A stretch of 54,269 nt of DNA, from positions 1-54,269 of the IMG/VR virus record IMGVR_UViG_3300027804_000079; one strand, written 5' to 3'. The DNA is from a virus (taxonomy: Duplodnaviria; Caudoviricetes). The notes under the pieces were generated by a model. That model was given only the letters and a program-made list of their open reading frames with translations. It was not told where the DNA came from and did not search any database. Below are positions 36,001-45,943 of the stretch, piece by piece. Numbering within the stretch: position 1 is the first letter of the stretch; every line of letters starts with the position of its first letter. Made by a program: the position numbers and the translations under genes.

Positions 36001-39000
36001 ACGAGCAACTTGCGATTTGAATAGCGTTTCTGCTTTACGGTAAGCGTCTACTTGTGCAGGTGTAGCACCCTCGGCAGGTTTTGTTGGCGCCTGTATACCA
36101 GCCAACGAGATAAGCATTTCACGAATCGCGTTCTGCGAGTTAGTCATCCCTAAACGCTCATTCTGCTTTGACACAGTCGCCTGACCACCAACCTGACCAT
36201 CATCGTTGTACCGATAGAAAGAAGCAGTCTTGTAGTCAATATCCATCACAGGCAAACCATTTGGTCCAATTACCGTGACAATAGACTGATTTGCATGAGC
36301 GTTTGGATACTTTAGTCTGTATGTATTGAGCTGAAGTGTGGGGTCATTGAGAGCACGGATTAACTCATACCGCGCCATGATCATATCTTTGGCTACTGCT
36401 TCAGCAACCTTTTTAGCACGCTCAATAACCTCAAAATAAGCAGGGTCATTTGCAAACTCACTGGATGTCAACAGCTTCTTAAACAGTCGTTTGTTGAGTC
36501 CGTAACCAGTTTTACTAATGACGTCTAACCCATCACCAGCAGAGATATCGTCAAATACTTGTGCAATTGCGTCAATGGCACGCTTTCTAACAAACTCTGC
36601 AAACTCAAACTCAACCGGAAGTCGTTCTTTTCCAACTTCAGTTGTAGCAAATAGTCTAGGTGTTTTAGAACCCGGAGCTGGTATTACTGTACCTCTACCA
36701 ACAGGCGTCATCTTAAAGATTACGTCAACAATACGCTTGGCATTTAATCGCTCGGTGTCACGCATCAAATTAGCAATGCGGTCGCGAACATCCGGTGTAG
36801 CATTATCAGATGTTCTGACATCATTGATGGCCAAGTCGATGGCGTCTTTTGATCCTAGTATCTTCGTCTGATCGACCAGAGTAACTCTAAGTTCACCGTT
36901 ACGTTGATCCATCGTAACTGGATCACCATTAACAAGGAGGCCATACAGTTGTCGGCTTGCGTCAAGAGCCTTTACTTGCGTGCGCTCGATCATTGACACT
37001 GAGGCAGCATTTGTCATATACGTCAAGCCATAACTAGCCACATTGTCAACAAGACTTCTGTGTTGACTTGTCAACGCTTTTAGAGTTGCTTCAAAGCTAG
37101 GCTTGCCGTCTTTCCCATTACGTCCTCTGTTACTGTTCATTAAAGCCTGTGCTAGGCTTGGCAATTCCTTGACAAGTGGAAGGCGACCGTTCTGTACTAC
37201 GAAAGGCATGATCAATGACCGTTGCTGTGTCAAAATCTTAAGCATAGAAGACATGACTGCAAATGAATCATCAGAAGACATACCTGTTTCAGCCATGTAT
37301 GAATTCAATTCGCCAATCGTCATTTTTGACAGGCTAGTGTTGTGATTTTCCAACCATGACTTTAATGGTTTAAGAATGTATTCATCCCGGCCATTGACCA
37401 GAGTTGTGTAATCTAATGCAGCCTGGGTGTCGTTGGTGCCATTGCCAATTCTTGCAATCTGTCGAAGTTGCTCATTGGTGAATACAGTTTGTGACTTTTC
37501 ATTTACACCTAAGTGCTTCAATAGATTGACGTACTTGCTTAGGTTCCTGTTTACCTCAATGCTTGGATCACATGCACGAAGTTGATTACCTTCAGCGTCT
37601 TGCAATGCAACTTCAGCCTGAGCAACAATGTCGGTCGCCGTTTCCTTTACCTTAGCTACTTTCGCATACCCTTGACGCTGCTCAACCTTACGTGTCCAAA
37701 TATTCAATGGCGGTATGACACTTGTTGATATCAGAAGGTCGACTGCTTTATTGACACCCTCACCCTCAAGACTATCTAACACATTGAATGTTCTGTTTAG
37801 GTCACTAAAGCGCTGAAGCAACTCTTTATATAGTGGGCTGTCTGTGCCAGAAACTGACAACTCGGTCAGAGTGTGTAAACGCTTTTCATTTTTAGTCAAG
37901 CCATCAAAGTAAGTCTTGGCAACTATTGGCGATTGTTCGTCGACAGTCACACCTTGATCGTTCTTACGCTTTACAGTTTTAGTAACACGTCCGTTTTCTA
38001 TGTCATCGATAAAGATATCGACGGTGTCAATGACTGACTGAACGGCTAATCCTGATGTCTGGTCTGCTTCAATAGCTCTTTGCACCAAACCAGCTTTTCC
38101 ATTTATTCCGTTTTCAACAGCATCTAATTTTTGAGTAATAACATCACGAGTTTTCTTCAATGTGGTTGCTGCAACATTAAAACCTTTAGACAGCTTTTCC
38201 ACACCATCAGCAACTTTGCCATCAGCAAACGTAGGCTTAATTCCTACTGTCTGACGCTTTGCTCGCATTGATTCAAGAATGATGTACTGCAGTGGTGTTA
38301 GATTTTTACTAAACTGAACATATGTGTCCGTCACCTTCATACCAGATTGGACACCACTGTTTACAGTCTGGATGTATGTATAAACATCACGAAGTAACTT
38401 TGATCTGTCACTTGCTAGTCCAAATACAGAGTCATCTGGCTTAACAAAAATCTCGTTCAACATTTTATTGTTGCGATATTTTTCATAAAGGTTAGCCATG
38501 ACCGATGGCTGGTTGTATGCAATTGCCTGAATGTACTTATGGAAATCAAGCACGACGTCGCTGTTCTTTCCGTATGGTGTCACACGTGTGAACATCCACT
38601 GTACTGTGTCAACAGCATTCTCAACAAAGTCTGAGTACAACTTTTCAGCATTTGCTACATCAGCTTCAGCTTTTGCCAGTGCATCCTTTGTACGCTTTGG
38701 CACAGCTTTACCAGTTGCCTCGTACTGCTTTACCTTTTCGCGAAGACCATCTCTTACAAGAGTCATGCGTTCAAGATTTTTGTTGTGCGTTCTTTGATAC
38801 GTTTCTTTGTAAACGCTGCTGAAGTTGGTACCAGAACTCATGACATCTGACATCTGGAAAACTTCCAAGCGTTTAGCTCTGTCTACGATGTCTGACATTT
38901 GACGTTCGTAATCAACGCCATCCAAATTGACGTCTTTAGCGCCTACTGATTCTTCCCAACTACGTCCTTCTTTTGATACTGCTTCCTCAAAACTTACAAC

Positions 39001-42000
39001 CATTGCAGCTTGAGTAAAGGCATATTCTTTTTCATACTGCTGTTCAAATTTCTGTATTACAGCGTTTGCTACATCCTCATTGAATGATGGGACAGTAATT
39101 ACATTGTCATCACCAACAAAAACTTGCAATCTGGCGTCTGTTGTACCAACCACGGACAACAGCATTGAGTTACGAGATGTTGCATCACCCTTTATAACTT
39201 CAGTCATTCTGCCAATTTTGTCAGCAGCAGGGAGAGATGTGTCGTTAAGTATGGATTGCAATTTAGAGACAAGCTCTGGAGACATGTTGGCAACATTATC
39301 TTTGTTGCTTAGCCATTCCTTGAAGTCAACACGAGATGTGCCATCAGAGTTATAACTGTAGTTTGTAAGCAAAGACATTGCAGCAGCTCTGCGAACAATC
39401 TGCATTTCTACGCGATTAGGATATGCATCAATAAAGACTTGGTCTGTATTGACGGCACGTTCCGCACGCGCAATGTAGGACTCACGACGGATTGGATCAC
39501 CTGCTGTAGCTTGAGCTACAAGATCGTACAAAGCCCTACTTACATTACGACCAACACGCAGACGGATGTAATCAGGTAAACCGGATTGCCTAAACGACTT
39601 TGTCGCTACAATGCCAGTCTTTCGATCAACCTCTGTAACTGTAAACAGTCTGGTCTGTTCGTTGTAATCAATTGTCGACATAATGTCGTTGAATGTTTCA
39701 GACACAGACGCGTACACAGTACTGTTAATGCCTTCTGCGTCAGCACTTGCTGCAGTCCAGCTAAACCATTCATCAACACTTTGATACCCACCTTTGCGTC
39801 CAGATAGGCGCAATGTGGCGTTTTCAAATCCACGTCGCATGCGAACCTTAGGCATGATGTACTTGTTGACATATGCTGGAATCCACGCGCTGCTTAGCAA
39901 TGCGGATATTGGATCACGGCGTGTTACTGTTCTGGTTGTACGCAGTGACGCTCTTATACCCCTGACTAGTTGATCGTCAAGCATCTGCCATGTAGTTGGC
40001 TTGCCATCGTTGTCAACGATGTCTGTGTCGTCCTTTTTGAGCGCTTCGTTGATGCCAGCTAACTCAACGTCCAGTTCGCTACTTGCATCCTCACCATCAT
40101 CCTCAAGAGGATTCATGGAATCGTAGCCAATCTCTTCGATGTCGGCTAGATCATCCAACTCTTCTTGTGTCATTTCTGTCGACACAAGATTTTCTGGGAT
40201 TGCCCGGACAGACAGACCGTATGTCGACACTACAATTGGTTCGACATCTTCACCCTCAAGTTTAGACTTCCTGTACTGCTCATAACCACCATCGTCAGCC
40301 CAGCCAAGGAAGCTTTCACTCATACGGTGTCGTATACGATCGTTTGAAAACTCCTTGGTGCCATACTTTGCGACTTCTTGCTTTGATCCTTCGACAGTAT
40401 CCCACCATCGATAACCAACAGTGCGTCGTTCGACTTCAGCCACGTCAACTGTTGTAAACCCAACATCACTCACATCAATGCTTGGAGCAAGTCTTTTGAC
40501 TACATCAGAGGTGTAGGCATACCAGTGGCCCAAGAACCGAATCATGTAATCGCGTGCGCCGGAACTAAGTTGAGTGACATCCGTTGCGCCAACATTAGTA
40601 ATAAACGGCAGGGCAATCGATTCTGTTACATCTTTGCCTTCGTCATCTTTGTAAGTGATTTTAGCTTTGTTGTCACCTGCTGGGATGCGTTCCGCTAAAA
40701 CGCCGTAGATTAACTTACTACCCTTTTTAAATCGTAAAGGAGTACCCTTCACATAAACGTCTGGGTTATTCCTGTTAAAGTTGGATTGCCAAGAACGCTG
40801 TGCGTCAAGATCATTTACAGACCCTGGCTCGTACCCGCTAGACCGCATGAGGTTACCAATGTCCTGCATGAGTCTATTTAGCGTGGCATCAAATCCACCT
40901 TCTACGTTTCCATTACTTGCAAAGAAGTTGTAATCACCAGACTTGTTTGAATGGAACATCTCATTAGTGAGTTCCGTAACAATCTGTTCTTCAATGTCTC
41001 GTTGTATTTTTGCGCGATTGCGCTTTGTAAAGCTCTGGCTGTAAGACCTATAAACCTTAGATGCAAGCTCGTGAATCATAGGCCCATAGAGTGAACGTAC
41101 AAGTGCATGGTTAATTTCATGCACCTGCGTGTTGTAGTTTTCTTTACCCTGTAAAGCAACTGCAACTGTTACAGCCTTATCACCATTTGCGTTTAAACTA
41201 AATGTCAAACCAGTAGTACCAAACACACTGGATTGCTCTTTCGACATAGACGCAATAACGCCTAAGCGCTGTGTGTAGAACGCTGTCTGCAACGCTTTCA
41301 GAATCTGTGCAGTTTCTTCAGTTGCCGTCGGAAGCATCTGTTCACGATAGTTTTGACGCCACTGGTCGTAGTCCTTGACCAGCATGTCTACGTCGACCTT
41401 TGGATCAGATTCCAGACGTATTGCACGTAAACGATCCATGGTTCTAATGCCATGTATCCTTGCAAATTCACGTGCCCAAGCAAGACTGAATCTGTCTACC
41501 CATTCAGCCAATGCTGTAGCTTGCTCATCAGTCTGCCCCCATGTTTGCATGAAGACTTCTTTGAGTTCTACTTTGTCCTTTACACCCTTGACCGACAACT
41601 CCCACGCACCCTTAACGTCTGGAGCACCATTTGTACCTTTGACAAATAAAGGGACTATAAACTTGCCGACAAATCGCTTAAACCCATTGAGGCCACTAGC
41701 CCATGCAGGAACAGCACGACGGAATTCATCAACTGTAACGCGTTGGCTTTCTTCAGTGCCTGGAGCTAATGTGCGGTAACGCTCTTGTGCATTACGGCCA
41801 GCTTCCATTGATGGAGGAACAGATCCTGCTTTTGCAGGTTCTTTGAACTCATATCCAAAAGGAAACTTATATTGCTCTGGAGGAAGCACTGCATCACTTG
41901 CATCCTCGCCATCATCTTCTGATACTTGTGGTTGTTGCGGTTCTTCAGGCGTTTCTGACACAACTGGTTCAACTACATCTGTAGTGTCTGCATCTTCACC

Positions 42001-45000
42001 CAAGTCGTCAGTTGGTTCTTCAATTGGTGTAGGTGTAAAAGTAGGCGTAGAAGCAGGTGCAGGTGTCGTGCTTCCTCGTTCAACTATAGCCTTTATTCTA
42101 GACCCGTCTTCTGGAAGAATAATACCGGGTCGCAATACTGTTGCTACACGATTAGTAAAGTTATCCGGTAATGTCTCAAACATCATCGTGTTACTGTCAT
42201 AGACATCATCTATTTCAGGAACAATAAGTTCGGCACCGTTGTCATCTACAAGTGATTTTATTTTTCTTTTTGCTGCATCACTAAACGTATTCCATCCTTT
42301 AATTTTAGTAAGAACACGTCCCCAATATAGAGTCTCAGCATTTATCTCTGCTTCAACGTCATTAATTACTTTTTGTTCTGCTGGAGTAAATGTTGATGTA
42401 CCTGTGGAGGCATCCGCTGGAACTTCAGCACTAGTCTCAGTCGATGTCGGCGTAGGTGTTGTTTCTGCCTCCGCTTCAACCGTTGCTAAACGATAATACG
42501 TACCGGGTCTGTTACCATTCTTGTAAGACTCAGCAACACCTTGCGCAACAAGCTGATCCAAAAGCTTTTGAGCATCGTCAGCTTTGATTCTAAGCTTGTT
42601 TGCCAGTGACGTTTTTGTCAGTGGTCCGTTCTGCAATTCGTTTTGCACGGCTTCAAGCTGTTGTGCGCCTGTATCTACTGTTTCATCAGCTGGCGTTACC
42701 GACTCTACAGGAGCAGCTGGTGTTTCTACAGGAGTTGGTGTTGTAGATACTGCAGCGGATTCTTGAGTTCTAATAGTTGGTGATTCTGGCCCACCTACAA
42801 AATCAAATCCTTCCTCAAGCTCTAATCCTACATTTTCACGTAAAAACGCAAACCATTTACCATTGTTTACCGACGATGTATCTGTATCTCCTTCAAGACG
42901 AATGACATCTGAGTTATACAGAGCATTGACTACAAAGTTAGATGCACCACTCTTGATGAAGTCATAGAAACTATAGTTAATAGCTGGGTTGAGATTTAAC
43001 AGTCTTCGGTATGTAAATTGATCTACACCTTGAGTAAGACTGCCCTCAACTGTATTCTCGCGTTCGCCATAAATAACTGGCTCGCCCTCAGCTGGAAGAT
43101 ATTTGCCTGTGTCTTGCGCAGCTGTTACAAGATCTCCGATAACTTCAGCTGTCATTACCGGATCTTTAACGGCTTGTCTAACAATTGCAGCTTTGCGTTG
43201 AACAGATAACCCATCCCAAATTTCTGGTGTTACAGCCTTGTACATCCAGTTAGTAACTGGACCAAAGGTCATGTAATCAAACTGCTGATCTGGTGTAAGG
43301 CGGTTATATTCACCTTCGCTAATTACAGCATTAATATCAAATGGAGCTGGCTCTTCAGTTTCTGCATCTACGCCTTCAGTAGGCGTTACGACACCTTCTG
43401 CTGCCGTGTCTACGCCTTCTGCCGACGCATCTACACCTTCTGTAGGAGTTACGCCTTCTACGGGAGAGGTTGTTGTAGTTGCCGATGTTCCTGTAGTTGT
43501 TGCAGAAGTGCCAGCAGCAGGGACTGCCGTTGTTGTAGCAGCAGTTGCAGGAGTAACAGCAGTAGGATCATCTGTGGACTTAACCGCTTTTATTGCAGCA
43601 CCGGGAACCATAAACGGACGTGCGTTAGGCGTCTGTATAGATTTAACTTCAAATCCATATGCTTCACGTCCATCAAGTTCAAACTTTCGGAATCCTAATA
43701 CGACTCCGTATTGACGAACGCCATCCCATGCTCCAAGGTCAATTACTGTACCAGGAGTTATCGGAGCATCAAAACCATCGTAAATCTTGTCGGGTAACGG
43801 TGACGTACCTACTCGTTTTCGATTTCCATCAGCGTCCGTTTCAACTGACGATCTGTAAAATCGCTTACGCCAAGACGATGGTTCTGCTGCCACTTCTGCT
43901 CTACGAGCTTCTGGCACAAAGAAATCAACGCCGTCAAACTCAACACCAATTGGAAATTTAGCTGCACCCGTGCCAGCTTTAATGTTGCTGATCGATGCTG
44001 GCTCTTTTGATGGGAATGACACATCAAACTTAGTATCTGCAGGGAACGCTGATTTAGGAACGGTGAACACTAGTCCACTAGGCGTCTCGACCGTTACCTT
44101 GTCGCCTACGACCTTAGTAATTGCTACGTTGATATCTGTCCCGTCAACGTTAAGTTTGCTCTTGTACTGACGTGAATAAGCTGGGTTTGCATCGACTGCA
44201 GGATTATATGTACCTTGCCCTGGCAGTGTCGAAGGATCTTTTACTTGATTCTGTGCGTTAGGTGTTTCTAAGAACGCCTTATTGGCTCTGGCCTTCCATG
44301 CATCAGGTAGCTCGTTGAAACCAAGTGTCTGAACAACAGGAGTGCCGTCAGGGCGCTTTCGCACTACAACAAACTCACCATCAGGCGTAACTGAGGTGAT
44401 AGATAATCCATCGCTATCAGGAGCACCAATATTCCTAAGTTTCTCTGATACACCTACGGCTATCATTGGAGGTACGTGAATACGTGTTGGCTCCAATGTT
44501 GCACGTCGTGTTGTTGGATCGTATGAAATCCGGTTTGGTATTAGGTTGTCATTTTGATCACGTACGTTTACACGAAGATTCCATGGTCGTACAGAAGTAC
44601 TTGGACCAGCACCAGTCATCGTCGGCTGACCCGTTGGCGAAACAGGCGATGGCTTGTTAGGACCAGCTGCAGATCTGTTAGCTCGATCAGCCATTGCGTC
44701 AAACACTGGTTGACCCGCAAAGCTGGATCCGTACTTAGTCAAACCACCAAACAATATGTCTGGCGCCATGGCAAGTAATCGTTCGTTGTTGTCTACATAA
44801 CCGTATTTCTTTAATTCAGAACGTGTACCAGGTCGTCCAAATTTCTCAAGAAAACCGGTTTCAACCTTCTTGTTTTGCGCTGTGATTTCGTTATCTGCCT
44901 GCCATATGCTAAACGTACGTTCGCCAACGTCACCAATAGTTTCTTGTACGTCAGGTCGAGCAAATGCCTTATTGGCATTACTCATGATTGCTCGTGTTGA

Positions 45001-45915
45001 CGGGAATACGCCTGCTCCCTCAAACATCGATATGCGTCCCGCAGCGCTGCGAGCTGGTGCACCAAACAATGTAGCAGTTGCTGCCATTTGTCCAAGCTTT
45101 TGCTCTGGCCCACCAAGAGCCATCTGTGCTGCGCCTTCAATGCTTTCGCGCTGCTCTTGCGGAAGTCCACGCAATGGATTTCCAAACTTGTCAAATAGAG
45201 CTGACGTTCCTTGTGCGCCAGCCATAGCTCCACCGACACGAGCACCAACGCGCATTAGGTTGATTAGCGGATTGTTTGGCAGGAATTTGCCTAACTTACT
45301 ATCGATACCGCCAGCAATTGCACCACCACCAACTAGACCTGGAATGGATGCAGCTGTCGGTGCAAAAGTTTCCTCAAACCCTAAACCCGTACCTGCACCA
45401 GCTATTTGAGCTGCATCGTACTCAGGCATTTGGAATGCTAGGTTTGGATCTGCACCACGTCGTGCTAACGCTGCAGCAGTTGGGCGTGCCAATGCACCCT
45501 TGACGAAACCTTTGCCAAATCCTAATACATCACCGGCAAGACCTCTTGTAAGCGTAGGCTCAGCAACTTGTTGCTGTTCTCGCAACGATGCAATATTACC
45601 GGCACGCACACCTTCAGCTTTTTTAGCTTGGCCTGGATAATACTTCCCACCAACTATTGTGCCTGGATCTTCTTTGTTTACCTGATCAATAACTTGATCT
45701 CGATAAATGCGCCACTTATCGAGATCCTTCTTACTTAAACCAGTCTGCTTGAGTAAGTCCAGTTCACCAAGGCTGTTGAGTGACTGTAATACTTCTCCAA
45801 GTTCATTGACAGTCCTTACACTACTTGATCCGATATCTTTGAGTTTGCTAACAGATGTAGTTCTGTCTTTGCTCAAACCAAGTCGTTTAATAAGTGCGTT
45901 TGGATTTTCTGCCAT
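33052..45915 (-). CDS. Giant (4287 aa) virion ejection / polyvalent protein
   Basis: Last gene of the tail/ejection operon; HEINH zincin motif, ART-like 'NNPLVVD...GYDGIVF', a wHTH and a GrpE-head-like segment. Confidence 0.75.
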   Translation of the reverse strand: MAENPNALIKRLGLSKDRTTSVSKLKDIGSSSVRTVNELGEVLQSLNSLGELDLLKQTGLSKKDLDKWRIYRDQVIDQVNKEDPGTIVGGKYYPGQAKKAEGVRAGNIASLREQQQVAEPTLTRGLAGDVLGFGKGFVKGALARPTAAALARRGADPNLAFQMPEYDAAQIAGAGTGLGFEETFAPTAASIPGLVGGGAIAGGIDSKLGKFLPNNPLINLMRVGARVGGAMAGAQGTSALFDKFGNPLRGLPQEQRESIEGAAQMALGGPEQKLGQMAATATLFGAPARSAAGRISMFEGAGVFPSTRAIMSNANKAFARPDVQETIGDVGERTFSIWQADNEITAQNKKVETGFLEKFGRPGTRSELKKYGYVDNNERLLAMAPDILFGGLTKYGSSFAGQPVFDAMADRANRSAAGPNKPSPVSPTGQPTMTGAGPSTSVRPWNLRVNVRDQNDNLIPNRISYDPTTRRATLEPTRIHVPPMIAVGVSEKLRNIGAPDSDGLSITSVTPDGEFVVVRKRPDGTPVVQTLGFNELPDAWKARANKAFLETPNAQNQVKDPSTLPGQGTYNPAVDANPAYSRQYKSKLNVDGTDINVAITKVVGDKVTVETPSGLVFTVPKSAFPADTKFDVSFPSKEPASISNIKAGTGAAKFPIGVEFDGVDFFVPEARRAEVAAEPSSWRKRFYRSSVETDADGNRKRVGTSPLPDKIYDGFDAPITPGTVIDLGAWDGVRQYGVVLGFRKFELDGREAYGFEVKSIQTPNARPFMVPGAAIKAVKSTDDPTAVTPATAATTTAVPAAGTSATTTGTSATTTTSPVEGVTPTEGVDASAEGVDTAAEGVVTPTEGVDAETEEPAPFDINAVISEGEYNRLTPDQQFDYMTFGPVTNWMYKAVTPEIWDGLSVQRKAAIVRQAVKDPVMTAEVIGDLVTAAQDTGKYLPAEGEPVIYGERENTVEGSLTQGVDQFTYRRLLNLNPAINYSFYDFIKSGASNFVVNALYNSDVIRLEGDTDTSSVNNGKWFAFLRENVGLELEEGFDFVGGPESPTIRTQESAAVSTTPTPVETPAAPVESVTPADETVDTGAQQLEAVQNELQNGPLTKTSLANKLRIKADDAQKLLDQLVAQGVAESYKNGNRPGTYYRLATVEAEAETTPTPTSTETSAEVPADASTGTSTFTPAEQKVINDVEAEINAETLYWGRVLTKIKGWNTFSDAAKRKIKSLVDDNGAELIVPEIDDVYDSNTMMFETLPDNFTNRVATVLRPGIILPEDGSRIKAIVERGSTTPAPASTPTFTPTPIEEPTDDLGEDADTTDVVEPVVSETPEEPQQPQVSEDDGEDASDAVLPPEQYKFPFGYEFKEPAKAGSVPPSMEAGRNAQERYRTLAPGTEESQRVTVDEFRRAVPAWASGLNGFKRFVGKFIVPLFVKGTNGAPDVKGAWELSVKGVKDKVELKEVFMQTWGQTDEQATALAEWVDRFSLAWAREFARIHGIRTMDRLRAIRLESDPKVDVDMLVKDYDQWRQNYREQMLPTATEETAQILKALQTAFYTQRLGVIASMSKEQSSVFGTTGLTFSLNANGDKAVTVAVALQGKENYNTQVHEINHALVRSLYGPMIHELASKVYRSYSQSFTKRNRAKIQRDIEEQIVTELTNEMFHSNKSGDYNFFASNGNVEGGFDATLNRLMQDIGNLMRSSGYEPGSVNDLDAQRSWQSNFNRNNPDVYVKGTPLRFKKGSKLIYGVLAERIPAGDNKAKITYKDDEGKDVTESIALPFITNVGATDVTQLSSGARDYMIRFLGHWYAYTSDVVKRLAPSIDVSDVGFTTVDVAEVERRTVGYRWWDTVEGSKQEVAKYGTKEFSNDRIRHRMSESFLGWADDGGYEQYRKSKLEGEDVEPIVVSTYGLSVRAIPENLVSTEMTQEELDDLADIEEIGYDSMNPLEDDGEDASSELDVELAGINEALKKDDTDIVDNDGKPTTWQMLDDQLVRGIRASLRTTRTVTRRDPISALLSSAWIPAYVNKYIMPKVRMRRGFENATLRLSGRKGGYQSVDEWFSWTAASADAEGINSTVYASVSETFNDIMSTIDYNEQTRLFTVTEVDRKTGIVATKSFRQSGLPDYIRLRVGRNVSRALYDLVAQATAGDPIRRESYIARAERAVNTDQVFIDAYPNRVEMQIVRRAAAMSLLTNYSYNSDGTSRVDFKEWLSNKDNVANMSPELVSKLQSILNDTSLPAADKIGRMTEVIKGDATSRNSMLLSVVGTTDARLQVFVGDDNVITVPSFNEDVANAVIQKFEQQYEKEYAFTQAAMVVSFEEAVSKEGRSWEESVGAKDVNLDGVDYERQMSDIVDRAKRLEVFQMSDVMSSGTNFSSVYKETYQRTHNKNLERMTLVRDGLREKVKQYEATGKAVPKRTKDALAKAEADVANAEKLYSDFVENAVDTVQWMFTRVTPYGKNSDVVLDFHKYIQAIAYNQPSVMANLYEKYRNNKMLNEIFVKPDDSVFGLASDRSKLLRDVYTYIQTVNSGVQSGMKVTDTYVQFSKNLTPLQYIILESMRAKRQTVGIKPTFADGKVADGVEKLSKGFNVAATTLKKTRDVITQKLDAVENGINGKAGLVQRAIEADQTSGLAVQSVIDTVDIFIDDIENGRVTKTVKRKNDQGVTVDEQSPIVAKTYFDGLTKNEKRLHTLTELSVSGTDSPLYKELLQRFSDLNRTFNVLDSLEGEGVNKAVDLLISTSVIPPLNIWTRKVEQRQGYAKVAKVKETATDIVAQAEVALQDAEGNQLRACDPSIEVNRNLSKYVNLLKHLGVNEKSQTVFTNEQLRQIARIGNGTNDTQAALDYTTLVNGRDEYILKPLKSWLENHNTSLSKMTIGELNSYMAETGMSSDDSFAVMSSMLKILTQQRSLIMPFVVQNGRLPLVKELPSLAQALMNSNRGRNGKDGKPSFEATLKALTSQHRSLVDNVASYGLTYMTNAASVSMIERTQVKALDASRQLYGLLVNGDPVTMDQRNGELRVTLVDQTKILGSKDAIDLAINDVRTSDNATPDVRDRIANLMRDTERLNAKRIVDVIFKMTPVGRGTVIPAPGSKTPRLFATTEVGKERLPVEFEFAEFVRKRAIDAIAQVFDDISAGDGLDVISKTGYGLNKRLFKKLLTSSEFANDPAYFEVIERAKKVAEAVAKDMIMARYELIRALNDPTLQLNTYRLKYPNAHANQSIVTVIGPNGLPVMDIDYKTASFYRYNDDGQVGGQATVSKQNERLGMTNSQNAIREMLISLAGIQAPTKPAEGATPAQVDAYRKAETLFKSQVARINAAALSAKSLRVMPAEYWVGKDKIRPAKEIVEVEPMYMNSVDESAEHVDYLAGTRDPETIDTYVKPVVMKWIKPDGDGIQRVQLNDNGIPAWDGYGYTVMDGMGNRSHTYAQLRANGLSADKALEVYAMTEHPEFLKWKAGNLVEAIDLVDPGYMLGDMSIDERRDKQARAIIMAERLKKYIDSYMQSPNPQNFEWIKHYYDELFGHSIKTEEELQKVVQNLVKDNINLEALRVQTEQFIDLNMTNDVAHYVKPAQSYISAGKQVKTGKPFTTMAFAYANVGPLTYQAPGLQVHDLGSGLHKNSNHSSRARFIKFNNPLVVDLKNSGIDTSVLKREIGRAMQRGYDGIVFTNYVDSMFDTAKKNVAITLDDKNVRYLNEMHLGSTRKKTATVDAIEPMFMNPIEAPVSRERAPELLEEGMIDMPTTRQQRFMSGGKEVASTVFDNYQAIVRMPLSLDWAFTTIQGGKALFGFLTGRKYDTMYALTALVKSWQGLMPNSSITIAGKKIGFDKLGRRKYMEIYTNLRKDPYYEAVKKSGAPLHMFNLERRIEAERDRIYRENNGTVPYNEIKIDLMDYDERGNLTDFFEKNTIIGSMPFQGMAERQISLQHDLLLFYQVKHQLQNNPVLKNFSADEVGDHPDAKHVANFLALSLGDFQYSTDERKDAVWGRVGKIAFVAPRWMFANFLVNPVGNLLISNIPQVSEYMRRNMGESNRVFDLYDKDIYKRNPDFVKYQVASTVGVAAWMFAFQWLAEAVGQLMGNGRINGNADRVGSYRIGDWKFGDNTGSLDSLNLIYTNWRSFIGADPSVDTRYGATSPTEKWIFKVMNTLGYRASPVISKPIAAIYGKDVLNRPVWNPDDSLNDVWRDQLAPGLQALGYDVPNQMSLAMFWTSTAPSFMQEYVSAYDVALENTSDKHTATAIALQQLIASFLGSRIKYDPYIDQRDMKLEKRRSAIERAWQYAPSAKDIIEKGDLSRFVTGK

Positions 45916-45943
45916 GTGTGGATTTTACCAAACAAACAGTTTT

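Noticed and set aside
33052-45915. Virion RNA polymerase (N4- or crAss-like)
   Set aside because: No convincing DxDxD catalytic loop or T7-type A/B/C motifs found by eye; a highly diverged polymerase cannot be excluded without structure prediction
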